From: Bispira polyomma
Taxonomy: Eukaryota
Direction of reading: 5' to 3'
DNA length: 64,000 nt
NCBI GenBank assembly: GCA_965649765.1
Contig: OZ287752.1
Location: 24,242,001-24,306,000, forward strand
Shown here: positions 24,301 to 36,800 of the stretch, piece by piece
Layout: each line of letters begins with the position of its first letter
How positions within the stretch are numbered: position 1 is the first letter of the stretch
Made by a program: the position numbers and the translations under genes
Notes under the pieces: model-generated
Told to the model about the DNA's origin: nothing
Database searches by the model: none
Seen by the model: only the letters and a program-made list of their open reading frames with translations

Positions 24301-27300
24301 GTGCAATTATAGTTTAAGTATAAAAACATGATGGATACCCGGTTGTGTGTGAGGTTTAAGTATAGGTTCAGTGTAAAACACAAGGGACCACAGGATATGT
24401 GTGGGGTGTAATTATGGTATAAGTATAAAAACACAATGAGCAGCAGGCTGTGTGTGAGGTCTAAGTATAGTGTAAGTATGGAACACAATGGACAGCAGGC
24501 TGTTTGTAAGGAGTAAGTATAGTATAAGTATAAAACACAATAGACAGCAGGTTGTGTGTGAGGTGTAACTATAGTATAGGTATAAAAACACAATAAGCAG
24601 CAGGCTGTGAGTGAGCTGTAAGTATAGTATAAGTATATAAAACAGAATGGTGTAAAAGACAATGAACACCAGGATGGGTATAAGCTGTAAGTATAGTCCA
24701 ATTAGCCAAACACAGTGGACTATAAGTGTTACATAGTTAGAGCATACAATTAACAAAAGCATTAATATATCAGATTTATGCATGATATATCAAAACCAGT
24801 TTTGTAATTTAAAAAGGTTTGTTGGTATGATGAGTGTTATTATATGGTTTATTTATGTAGCATTGTTCTATCAGGTGTTACACTATTGTAGTTTCAGCCA
24901 CCAGTATCACTATGAGTCAGGAACCTAGTGGTTTAGTCCCAGAGAACACACCCATAACCTTTACCTGTGTGACTGATGAAGCCAATCCTACAGCTACTGT
25001 GACATGGACTGTAGATGGTAGTAGTAGGAGTTCTACCAGTGACTCAACTATAGATGAGGGTGATTACAGTGCAGTGAAGAGACAGAGTGTATTGATACTG
25101 AAAGCAGAGAGAAGAATACATGATAAAAATGTAAAATGTGTGGTCAGTGACAACACAGGAGTGACTGCTGAAGAAACATTAAACATAGCCTGTAGGTATT
25201 TGTAGCAGTTGCATGGAATATTCACTTAAACACTTATACTTTAACAAACATAAACAAAGTGTTAAAACATGTGATTTATGCTTTAACTAGCAGAACTTTG
25301 AGGAGTCGAACACTATGTACTGACTGGTGCTTTAAGACTAATCTAGTAGTATCAGATTTAATCAAAACGTATATTTTTATCTGATGACAACTATTTACAT
25401 GCATAGTATGCATCTCTAAGCAAATCTTTGAAGTGGAATTGCATATTGTGATAGCAAACCTATTAACGATATTACACATATAACTAAATTCTATTAACGT
25501 TCTATGTCTGTCAAAGAAGAACCTTTGGTCTTAAGATTAAAACTATCATCCAGAATTGTTACAATTAATTTCTTGTCATCATTTTCTTTCTAAATAACAG
25601 AAACCCAATGAACGCAAAAGATTCAAAACGAAAACCCATCACTGCATTATGTATGGCACTGTTATGTCAATATTAGTATATTGTTAGCAAGGTTCTTATT
25701 TAATGTGTGTCTACTACAGTAGAATTATATTCAGTGAAGTAAATGGCATATGAATTTTCACGGTTCTGATTAACATATCAGCACTGCACATTTTACATTG
25801 TAGTTCCCCATGATATAATGGTAACACAGAGCCCACGTAATCATGTTGTTGATGGAACTGCTTTAACTTTATCCTGTGAAGCACAAGGTGGTAATCCATC
25901 TACTGTTTTATCATATAAATGGACATTTGTTCCCCGTTATGAAGTTTTTAGTGCTATTACTGGAGATTCAAACAGACAGATTGTATTCATTGCACAAGAT
26001 AAACATGCTGGGGAGTACAGTTGTGTGGCAACTAATGCTGGTGGAAGTAGCTATGGAAGCCTTGATGTAGTCATAAACTGTGAGTGTTAGCAAGACTATT
26101 TAGATATACATTAATCTGTACTGTATTTTGAGAGTTAAAAACAAAATGTATGTCCCTGTTATGTTGATTTCAGATAGCCCAGTGGATGTCAGTACTGCTA
26201 TTCAAAAGGTATTATATGTAGGCACTGACAGTCCAGCATTCTTGAACTGTTCCGTAAAATCTCATCCACAACTCAGCCAAGATGACATCACAATAAACCA
26301 CATAAATTCAAATATTAATTCTCAGTTCATAGAAGTTACATCTGTCACAAACAAAATAGATGAGGTCCTGGTGCAAATAATGTTCAGCCAACTAAGTGTC
26401 AGAAACATTGGATTATACCAGATGGTGGCTAATAATGGGATAGGAAAAGACTTACTCATTGAAATGGATGTCAGAGAACAAGGAAGTATTTTAGATATAT
26501 AAGTATATTAACAGCACTGTAGTTAAACCAATATGTAATGTACATATACTGTAGTTTTAGTTTATGTCCCAATGTATTAATTTGACAAGTAAACATATTA
26601 CAGGTATTCCCGAACCTCCCCAGCTTTTGAAAGTAGAATATGCCACTGCTGTTTCGGTTACATGCTCATGGATTACTGGAAGATCTGGAGGGCCAAGCCA
26701 GACTTTTACTATTTATTATAGACAGGAAAATGACACCAATATATCATTCCAGGGTGATATTGTAGATCCAGGTTTAAACACAACTGTTACTTACACCTTA
26801 CAAGGTTTACAACCAATGATTCTATATTATGTTAGTGTGAGAGCTATCAACAAATTTGGAAGAAGTCTCGATGAAAACGATCTACAAATAAGAACTTTAG
26901 GTAAGTAGACAATTAAGGATAAATAAAATGAACATCAGTTTGATGCTGCACAATACCAATCAAACCATGATACATTTTGTGCATGACATTTTTACAATTG
27001 TTAGTTAAGATTATTTACTGTTTATGTTTTATTCTTTTTGTCAGAAATGCCTGTCCTGGATGGTCCACTCACTGCAGATGTATACTCAAATATAGTTGTT
27101 TTGTACTGGGCTAATATAACAGGTCAATACTCTGAAATCATTGTTGTGAAATGTACACATTCTGGACCGATATGTCTTGAAATTGTAAGGTCCAGTACTG
27201 CCCCTTCACATTTAGTTATCCCAGATCCAAATATTGATGTGGACTATTACCTCGTCATTTACCAACAAGATGAGGAAGTTTACAGAGGCAAATTTTCATT

Positions 27301-28083
27301 CATAGATAAAACAGGTAAAAGCTAGCTATTGTTTCTGCAATTAGATTATAACTAAAGCTATCAGGCTTTATTTTTAAAAGTATTGGTTTAGTTTATTTAG
27401 AAACATTTTGTGAAATACAATACAATTTTCTATTACAATTGCTATTTAAACTTATGTTTCAGTGTATTGTGAACAAAATGATGGAATTTCTGCAAAGGGA
27501 AGCGCTGAATCAGGATTTCTCACTGGTTTAATTATATTGGCAGTAACAACCTTTGTGCTTATATCAATCATTGTTGCCTATATTATCTACAAAAACAGAT
27601 CTCACATGTCAAAGGCGGAAAATGGAACCAGCAATGTATGTATTAGTCATATTTTATTGATGCAATTAGTAACAGTGGTATGCAATTAAATATGAATTAC
27701 TTCTTATTTTACCTTTTGATACATCAGTCCACAAAGCATATTAAGAAATGATTTTCAGAAAGTTCAAGACCCAGTATATTACAACAATCCTACTGAAATG
27801 TCTCAGTCAGCTCAATATGAAATGACTCAACATGAGGAACCTAAACAACCAGCTGAATATGCTGATTTGAAGGTATAGATACATATGTTAAAACAAATAT
27901 AATACTTTTGTATGTGTAGTTCTGTGCAAGATAATTTGCATATTGATGATATTTGCATTAGTATATTTTACATTTCCAATTTCTCAGTGTGGTTATAAAC
28001 CAGATATTTCTGAGTCTGATTATTGCCACATTTATTTTTTATTCCAGACTATGACATATGAAGACCTGGGTCCTGCATTGTAG
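21316..28083 (+). CDS. Gene B: intact Ig5-FN3-FN3like-TM tyrosine-motif receptor, ~828 aa (nephrin/Sidestep-like IgSF)
   Basis: 11 phase-compatible exons totalling 2487 nt with no internal stop; only irregularity is the exon 6 donor. Confidence 0.9.
21852..22184 (+). CDS. Gene B exon 2, V-like Ig
   Basis: 333 nt, phase 1-1. Confidence 0.92.
22536..22636. mobile_element. Small palindromic MITE (Harbinger-like termini)
   Basis: GGGCCCGTA...TACGGGCCC termini plus internal GGGACTTAGCCAG..CTTAGGCTTAA inverted pair; absent from the paralogous intron at ~48630. Confidence 0.75.
23688..24011 (+). CDS. Gene B exon 3, C2-type Ig
   Basis: 324 nt, open. Confidence 0.92.
24130..24700 (+). repeat. Exon-3-derived minisatellite (gene B intron 3)
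   Basis: About ten degenerate ACACAATGGACAGCAGGCTGTGTGTGAGG-TGTAAGTATAGTATAAGTAT units. Confidence 0.85.
24892..25191 (+). CDS. Gene B exon 4, C2-type Ig
   Basis: 300 nt; FTCVTDEANPTATVTW...VKCVV. Confidence 0.9.
25804..26079 (+). CDS. Gene B exon 5, I-type Ig
   Basis: 276 nt; LSCEAQGGNP...YKW...HAGEYSCVATN. Confidence 0.92.
26174..26485 (+). CDS. Gene B exon 6, atypical Ig
   Basis: Ends 26482 (GA donor) or 26485 (GT donor), both phase 1. Confidence 0.85.
26604..26900 (+). CDS. Gene B exon 7, FN3
   Basis: 297 nt; PEPP...SW..GRSGG...LQP...Y.VSVRAIN. Confidence 0.92.
27045..27314 (+). CDS. Gene B exon 8, degenerate FN3-like domain with C-x6-C
   Basis: 270 nt, open, homologous exons in A and C. 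Confidence 0.85.
27463..27635 (+). CDS. Gene B exon 9, transmembrane
   Basis: GFLTGLIILAVTTFVLISIIVAYIIY followed by KNR. Confidence 0.88.
27759..27872 (+). CDS. Gene B exon 10, cytoplasmic KVQDPVYYNNPTEMSQSAQYEMTQHEEPKQPAEYADLK
   Basis: 114 nt, phase 0-0, same length in A and C. Confidence 0.85.
28048..28083 (+). CDS. Gene B exon 11, TMTYEDLGPAL*
   Basis: CAG acceptor after pyrimidine tract; homologs at 17548 and 54278. Confidence 0.8.
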   Translation, partial: TMTYEDLGPAL

Positions 28084-28366
28084 AAACTTAAATATTTGTG
28101 CATGGATATGTGTACAACATGCAATTCAGGATTGCATGTATCATCAATCAACCACATATACCCGTTGCATCATGATAGAGCACTAAATTCATCTGAATCC
28201 TTGAAGTTAATTGAGACCATGGACAAAGTTTTCCATGTTGCAGCACCTAAACTGTCTTCTAAACTACCAAACAAAATAACATTGTGAACCACAGATATAG
28301 TTCTGAAAACAAATGTAAAACACTTGTTTAAGCAAGCATATCTAGCTTTACATTTACCTTTTACAA

Positions 28367-28445
28367 TCAAGTAGATTCCTATTTTCTAGTGGGAGGTGTA
28401 ATGATCAAGTAGATTCCTATTTTCTAGTTGGAAGTGTAATGATCG
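28367..28445 (+). repeat. 38-bp tandem duplication 3' of gene B
   Basis: TCAAGTAGATTCCTATTTTCTAGT(G/T)GGA(G/A)GTGTAATGA twice. Confidence 0.8.
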
Positions 28446-30786
28446 ATTGTTTACAAAATTAACATGGTGTTTTTTACTATTTGTATTGTTTCTAACAAGA
28501 TATTTGCAAAAATAGCTAGTTTTATATATAATTTAGGTAATATTGTAAACAGTATAGTTTAGGATTGCAGTAATTACATACTAATTCAATTTTAATTTCT
28601 TTAGTTTCTGTATTTGCTATAAGTAATTTATAGTGGAACCTGTGTTAAAACATTTAGGAGATAGGTAGTCTTCAAAATATTTTAGGCCATATCACCAGTT
28701 TATAGTCTTAAAGTTGTCAGTTCTTTACATTTTGCCTTTTTTCTAATAGTATTAAGCAGTCTGTGTTTATGTCTACAAAAGAAACTGTTCATGTTATAAC
28801 TAAAAAGAGAACAGTGTGGTTAAATAATAGTGTGTATTACACAAGTGATCATGGGCAAAATTAACTTTCAGATTATTTTGACCAACCTGACTTTCAACTA
28901 TAGAGAGACTGTGATTTGACTAGAGTTAGGTTTCAGTATCACTAGCTGACAAGTTTAATGTTTATTACACAGTGTACACAAGCACACTCCCGTAATATTC
29001 CCGCCAAAAATTACACTTCCGGTAAACAACAAGCCCCCGCTTTCTCATGTGTTTAGCTGTTAAATTGTGTGCATTGGAAAATTCCCTCCCCCCCCCCCCC
29101 CGGCCTAGTACCAAAAAGCAAACGAATCTAAAATGAGTTACATAATACGAAGCTTTGACATATGACATGTTTAACAGCCTTAACAAGGCCAGCTTTAACG
29201 AGCAAAGCAGCCTCAACGAGGTCCTTTTCATTGTAGATTACTTCCCTAGTACGTAGCATTTTAGTTATTTTACTTTTACGTTATATCTCTTATTAATGTG
29301 TGTCTTACTTTTACGAAATAGCCTTTTTATTGTATACATATACATTACTGTAAATAATAATATACTTAGAGTAGTTCTAGATTAAGGTAAGATAAGGTAA
29401 CCTTTAAGTTAAGTTAGTCGTAGAATGTTTACTAACTTTCATATGTGTATAATACAATGCCCAAAGTTTTACAGGCTCGTTTGGATCTTTTCTTAACCCT
29501 TCTATGTCCATGAATTTAAAATGGACAAAATCATGTTACTTAATCATGTTTCATGTTACTTTGACCTACCTGACTCTCAGCTGGGGAGACTGATGTAATA
29601 GCTGGAGTAAATTGTTCACTTTATAATATATACTTTACAAAGCCCTATAATAAACTTTTTATTCACATTCACAGTACCGTAAAAAAACATGTGTATTAAA
29701 GAGGTAAATATTGGTAACATATAGCAAAAGGGGGTTCATGTTATGGTAACCCAGTTAGCATACTGTCTTATATTTATATCAACATAGGGTGCTGTAACCA
29801 GCAATATGCCTATCTTAGTACTATATCTCATATCATTCAAAGTGTATTTCATTCGATTGTTTGAATAATGTCACCCATGTATGGCACTGTATGAGTTTTA
29901 TATTATTTACCAGCTATTTTCCAAGGCAACTTTTGGGTTAATAATGTTCCGTTGTAGGGCACTTCATGAGTATCATATTATCGGATATTTTTAAGCATTT
30001 CCTGTCAATCTACCTGGGGTTTTCTGTCAAGTTATGTCATTTAGCTCATCAGCATAGGGCATGGAAAATACGACATATGTAAACTCGTAACCCCCTTTCA
30101 AAAAATTTTAAAGTTTTGGGGTTTATTTGGCTACTCTTATGTCGGTTAGCAATTTTATTAATATTACACTTTTATAATTTTATCTATTATGTAATATTTT
30201 ATGTACATAAAATTTCTATTTGTATAATACTTACTGACTTCTGGAACCTTCGGCTCTAGGTGACGTTTAACTCTATTAGTGCTTATAGATTAACAGAATC
30301 CTCAAGTTAATTTGAAGTCTTAATGGTGATGATGGTTAAATTACAGAATTTATTATTAATGCAAACTCTAATATAAAATTTCAGTTATGAAATTACATAT
30401 ACAAAGACAAAAGTTACAGTACACTGAATCTTATTCACTTGTGGTAAGAATAAAAATAAAGCCCAAAAATGATAATGTGTTTTTCTAATGCAGGGACAAG
30501 TCAGTTTCAAACATAATTCCCTTATTTACATTTCAGAGGACACCATAAGTATATTCAAATCATGTGTAGTTAATATTATGAGTTATTTGTATTACCATTG
30601 GCAGATAAAACATTAAGTTGTGTGTATTAGTTTTCAGTCAGTTTTTGTCACACATCGGCTTGAAAGAGTCAGCAATAAGGAAGTAAATAAAGGTACTTTT
30701 ATGTGTCATAATAACATACCTGGAATTTTCTATTCAGTATACAGTATGTAGGAATGAGGAATTAATGTGCATTGATCAAAAATACA

Positions 30787-30841
30787 ATGATTACTGATAT
30801 ACAGACTGCATTCTTTGTTTTACTTTTCATAGAGAACAAAA
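30787..30841 (+). CDS. Gene C exon 1, signal peptide MITDIQTAFFVLLFIENK
   Basis: 55 nt, A|GTACGT donor; GGAAGT at 30679. Confidence 0.78.
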
Positions 30842-33800
30842 GTACGTTTTTACAATTTATTTTCACTTCCCTGCAAAATCTAGAATATATGAAAGCTTTT
30901 TCTTATGAAAACATAGAGGATATAATATGTCAATACAAACATAAAATATAGCTAGGGTGTGCTTTTTACAATATTTTATAATACATTGCTTCCAGATTAA
31001 TACATTTGAGTATATGGAAGTTTTTTCGTATGAGACATAGAGAATATAATATGTAAAATAAAAACATAGCTGGGGTGTGCTATACATAATATTCTATAAT
31101 AAATTATTATTAATTTGCCTTCAGATTAATACATTCAAATATTGTAATGGTAATTTCACTTCTCATGTCGGATAAATATAATACTAACATATAACTGTCA
31201 TATATGACTGGTCATTGTGTTCATAGTTTCTGAAGATAAAGTCGCAAGTAGTGTATGTTGTACATTCTATCTGCAGTTCTCAGTCAGGATCTGATTGTGT
31301 ACACAGAAATCTCATCTACTGCAAATCTTCCCTGTGGTTCCACATCTAGACCCTTTCCAGATGATGCTGCCAGGGTTTTCTGGTATATAGGTGTTGATAC
31401 TGCAGATTCAAAAAACGAAATACTACACCATCAGTTCAGTGATTCATATTCTAGATACTACAATGGCTACTCCTCTCCTAAACACACCTGTAGTTCTGAC
31501 AGAGTCCTCAGTATCAGTGCTGTAGAGAATGACGACGAGACTACATATACCTGTAGAGCAATTGGTTCAGCAGTGGATTATACTTACATGGTGGAATTAA
31601 TAACATTGGGTGAGTTCTTATTTTATCAAAGCCATCTTTAAACTTAATTAAAAAGGTTAATGTAGGAGTGTTTCTATATTATCTGAATATGTTACTAAAT
31701 GTTACACAAACTAGGATGTGACGTGCATTTTGGGTCACCAAAGAACTGTCATATTCTTGTCACAGGTGATTTAAAAGCTTGCTGCACCTAAATTTATATC
31801 ATATTTGTATTGTAGGCACTGTAATATGCGTAAAATGCCAATACGTATGGTGGCATATTCGTGGCGTACTTTTTTTTTAAATTGGTACAAAAAGTAAGTC
31901 GAACTGGGTCAGGGGATAACTAGTGTGATAGACTATTTAACATTGTCATTCAGATTTGTACACTCCCATACAGGTAAATTAGAAAATCATGGTATAGTAG
32001 TGCTGATTAGCATTATGTCAAAATAATATATATTTCTGTGAAGTGTTTTTATGGACCCATTTAGCTAGCAGATCCATTTTATTATCTTGCATATCCGGAA
32101 TGTAAACTAAAGTTTACATTATATAGAAACATATTTTCGTAGTAGAACATGCACTACTTCAATGATTAAAATTAAATCCTGACAAAACTGAATTTATTCT
32201 CATTGGTAGTAAGAAACACAGAGTACCTGAGATTGTTATTCCCCATTACACTAATGGGCAATGATATATAGCCCTCTGATCACTCTGAACCTTGGTGTTA
32301 CCATTGACTCTACTTTCTTATGTGATACACCCATTAGTATCATTTGTTAGTCTTGTTACTATCGTGATATCAAAATAATTAGGAATCACTTGTCACTGCA
32401 TACTAATTCCCGTAATAGCATCCCTTGTAACTACCTTCAAAGCTGTTATTTCTCAACATTCCTCCTATCGTGTTACTCACCTCTCTTCCAATAACCTCAA
32501 AAGGGTAAAGAGACTTTCTGTATCCTCTGTTAAACCTACCAAGAAGACTGGATCTTTTACGTTCTCTATTACTGCCCCAATGTTATGAAACAGTCTCCCT
32601 GCAGAGCTTTGATCATTTGAAAAGCTTTCTGGTTTTCAGAAAAAGCTTAAAACCCATCTATTCAAACAACCCCTATAGTTCCCTCATTGTACACCCCACA
32701 TCCTTCCTTACGACTGTGGAAATGTTTTTGGACTTCTATATTGGTTAACTGATTCCGATGTTGCACTTTATAAGATGCCTCGAATCAAAAATGACTGGAC
32801 TGACCTCCTGCTATAATGCAAGGTGTGTAATATACTAAGGGATTTTCAAACTTCCTCACATTTGATTTTCTATGAAAACTGACTCAGAACTTATATCTGA
32901 AAAAAAAATTGGAATTGTTTTTTTAAAAGACACCCTAAAAGCCAAATTGTGTAATATCCTACTATCGGAATATTTTTAAGATCTATTAACAGTGTCCTAG
33001 GGTTACCTTGTAGTTGGTTTAGAACACAGTAATACTAATAGCCTTTGGGATAATTAGTTTATTCTAGTTGGTAATTTACTTTTATGTACAGACTGAAAAA
33101 CAAAGGTCACCAGTTTAAGATGGTTATAAAGTCACAACTTAACTGAGATTAAGTTAAGAGTTTAAGGTTACCCTATATTGAGTGTAAGTTTGAATTTAAG
33201 GTCATCTGTTTACGTTTACTGCTTAAAAGTGACCTCAGCCTAAGATACATGATATGGAATTTTGAGTATATAAGAGATTAAAAGAAAGCACCAAACCCCA
33301 ATCAGGAAGTAGGGTTGGATAGTAGGTTTTAAAATGTCATGGCTTATGTCATGCATTATGGTCTTTTGTGATATATTTCCACACACATTCTGATGTCCAT
33401 GTGCCATGGCTTGAGGTTATGCCTTAGCTTTGAGTCTGTCAGTGGGCCCCAACCCGTTGTAGCTTTAAATTGAAACAGATGGGAGTTTTGGCTGCCAGCT
33501 GAAAGGACTAGTGTATTCCTTATGGCCACTATTGGACATAATGCCGGGTTGTGTATATGGGGCACCTTAATTATTCTGATTGAATTCCTATCCTGGAGGG
33601 TTTTGGACCACTTGACTATTACGTGGAGACCCAGGGGAATAAAGAACACATCCACACTGGCTAACTGTTCCAGTGGGTTGAACGAATTTAATGAGTGAGG
33701 TACCAGGTTTGATATCCTGAGAAAAGAAAAGAAGGCTAGCAAGTAAGCTAACTTGAAAATTTGGCACATATACATGGTGTCACTGATTTGTACTATTTGA

Positions 33801-36800
33801 GTAAACAGAGATATCAATTACTTTACTGTGAATTCTTGCTCTGAAAGGTCTTTGCAAGGCTAGAGCCTTTTGGAAATACTTGAGACGCTGGTCTGTGAAG
33901 GCTGAGACATTGATTCCATACAGACTAAGCTTAGCTTTATTAGCAGCCAAATAATTGGCAATTGATGGCTGGGAGACTTTACTTGCTACCGATACTTGGA
34001 GAAATGACAGTAGTACTGTGAGTGAAATGTAGTCAATGTCAATGCTTGCAAATATGGTGTAAGCTAGAAATACTCTAAACATGCTTTTATATGTGTGTTG
34101 TGTGGCAGGCCTAAAGGTCTGGTGGGCTATGTGTGCTGCCTAGTCAGCTAATTGACACACCAGTAGTGATATATCTGAAATAGATTACATACTCCAGTCA
34201 AAATTTAGTATGTTATCTGATACTTCTACCCATTGGGGTTCTGACACTAGCTGTCGCAATTTAGTATTTGGATCAGGGGTTTTATGCCATCTAGATAGCA
34301 AATCAGCTGTCACATTAAGTTTGCCTAATATATGCACAGGCCTTAAGTTAATATCTGCCTCTGCTACTCCCATAAAGATATTTCATGCAATAGCTGCGAG
34401 ATTCTTTTGTCTTACCCGAGTTCAAAATAGTGACTACTGCTTGGTTGTCACAATGTACAACTAGCTTTTTGCCTTGCCATGTGTCTTTCTAGAGGCGAAG
34501 AGCGACTAGAATATTTAGCATCTCCAAGTAGGCTATATTAAGTTGTAAATAGTGAAGTGGAAGCAATTTCGTATAGATTACATTATTGCATCTACCCCCT
34601 AATCCTGTGAGGCAGGCATCTAGTTCAATCTGGTCAGTGACCGGGCTATGGTCGAAGAAGGCCTTACCATTGAATTTTTTAGTGAATTTAGTAAACCAGT
34701 TCAAATCTTGAAAAAAGGGGAGCCCTAGTTTGATGCGTTTACATCAAGGGCGCTACGTAGGACGTCCAGCATCGTATTGAGAAAGATTCTTGTTATGCGC
34801 ACACATTCTGATGTATAAATGAGGGACCCCAGCAATGATTGCTGGGGTATATAACTTATTACTTCATAGCCCTTTGTACACATGACGTAAGACAATGCCT
34901 CACTTAGGCATTGGAATATAGCACTTCCGTGTCTATAGCCAAATAGCAGGCATGTGTCGACATAATACTTATCTAGCTTCAGGCCTAGCAAATCATAGTC
35001 AGCTGGGTCTAACTTGACTTGACGAAAAGCGTGACTTATGTCCAACTTGTAAATTAATGCGTTTTTACCCAATTTGGTTGTCTCATTTGTGATGTCATCA
35101 ATTGTTGGAAGCGTTAACAAGAATTCCATGCCCAAGTACTGATTTTGGTGTATTGCTGCATTTACTGATTGGCCATGAGGAAAACTCGTATCAATTATAA
35201 CCCTTTTATGAGGGGCGCCAGGTTTTGCTCTGGTCATGAATGGTGATATGTTCAATCCTTCAATGGGAGGCCGATTAAACGGACCCAAAATTGCCCCATA
35301 ATCCTTTTCATCTTTCAAATATGCCTTAACGTCATCTTTGAACTTGCAAGCTGAGTGGTGATTTTGTTCATTATGCTTCAACTCACAATCTATGTCAAAA
35401 TCTAGTGGGAAGCCATACCGAATCAAATATGGTAACTGTCTATCCCAGTAATTTTTTAAAAGGTTTTTCCATTTGTCATAGTTGAGCTGTGAGTGTACAA
35501 CCAATTGTTTGTTCAAGAAATTGTGCTGAGTACTACTTCTTACCTCTATATGCATTTCAATGGCCGAGAGGTTTTTGAAACTCGGTTTTTCAGTGCTCGA
35601 ATTTATGATTTTATTAAGTGGAATGAAGCCGAACTTACCTTTTGTCTGGCTATTCCATTTTTGAAACGTTTTCTCATTTTTTACCCTTGCAACTATTTTC
35701 TTTTGTTTATTTTTTACTTGGAGTTGGAGGTTGTACTTGTCCTCTTGTACTCCACACGTGTCAGTATTTACTTTTACTGGTTCCTTGCACCTGGCAGTGT
35801 GTGTGCCCACCTTTGTGACATTTTGAGGGGGGGGGGGCTATTTCATTGAGAGGGAGAAGCGGGTCAAAGCGATTTTCAACAATTGGTGGTTCAGGCCTGG
35901 GCAATTTGCAAGCACCCACCTTCTTTGTGTTATGACAATTAGAATGATATACTTTACAGACATTTTTATGTACAATATCACATTTTTTTACACTTGCAAT
36001 GGCTTTCAAGGAACGACTGGGCAGGCTGTGTTTTATTTGAATTGCATTTGTCTACTAACCTGAAGCACAACTTGTGCATACGTTTTATTTGTAAATTTAG
36101 ACCAATCAGCTCTCCAGTTGTAGCTTGTGCCATTGCTATTACTCTAGTTACAAACATTTCTAGACAATGTGCGATTTGTTCTGTTTTTTAAATTACTTTT
36201 GCTATCTGTACATTTTATTGTTAAACCACCTGATTGCACTGCCTTTCGTAGTGCCTCGTTTTTTGCCCCAGCTACCTTTTTTCTACAATCTTTTTCCAGG
36301 TGGGGGAAGTTTTTGCCCATTGCAAAACAAGTCGCACACACATGTGTATAAAATTTGCCACTAGTTTCGTGGTCACTCTTATGGGGACATGTTCCTTTTT
36401 GATAAAATTTACAAGGCATGCTTATGCTACTGCCACTTTTACCGCCTTGTGACTGAGAGGAATTTTGAGCAGGTACATGTTTTTGAGCATGAGCTCATCT
36501 GAACCTGTCGATTTTATGTGTATCGAGCCAGGACATTTTGCCTTCCTCCATTTTACATAGAAGGACGGCGTGACTGCCTTTGGCAGCTGACCAGCTATGG
36601 TTATGGCAATCTGCCATCATTTCTGCGAAGTATTGTAAAATTGCATTTTTAATTTCTACATTTGTTTCTTCTTTTGCTAGAACACTAAACTCCAAAACCC
36701 ATTGAGCCGTGGAAAGATTGTCGTAATACATTCGATTTTTACTCTGACCTCCTAGGATAAAATTCCGGGGCCAAGGGACATGTTGCTTAACCCATACCTG

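Noticed and set aside
24135-24783. 188-aa and 123-aa minus-strand ORFs, and CRISPR-like look of the intron 3 repeats
   Set aside because: By-products of a degenerate minisatellite; no unique spacers, no cas genes, eukaryotic context
21316-28083. Assigning symbols such as NPHS1, side, Dscam or Alr
   Set aside because: Only architecture and motifs are shared; domain count, exon layout and tails do not establish orthology
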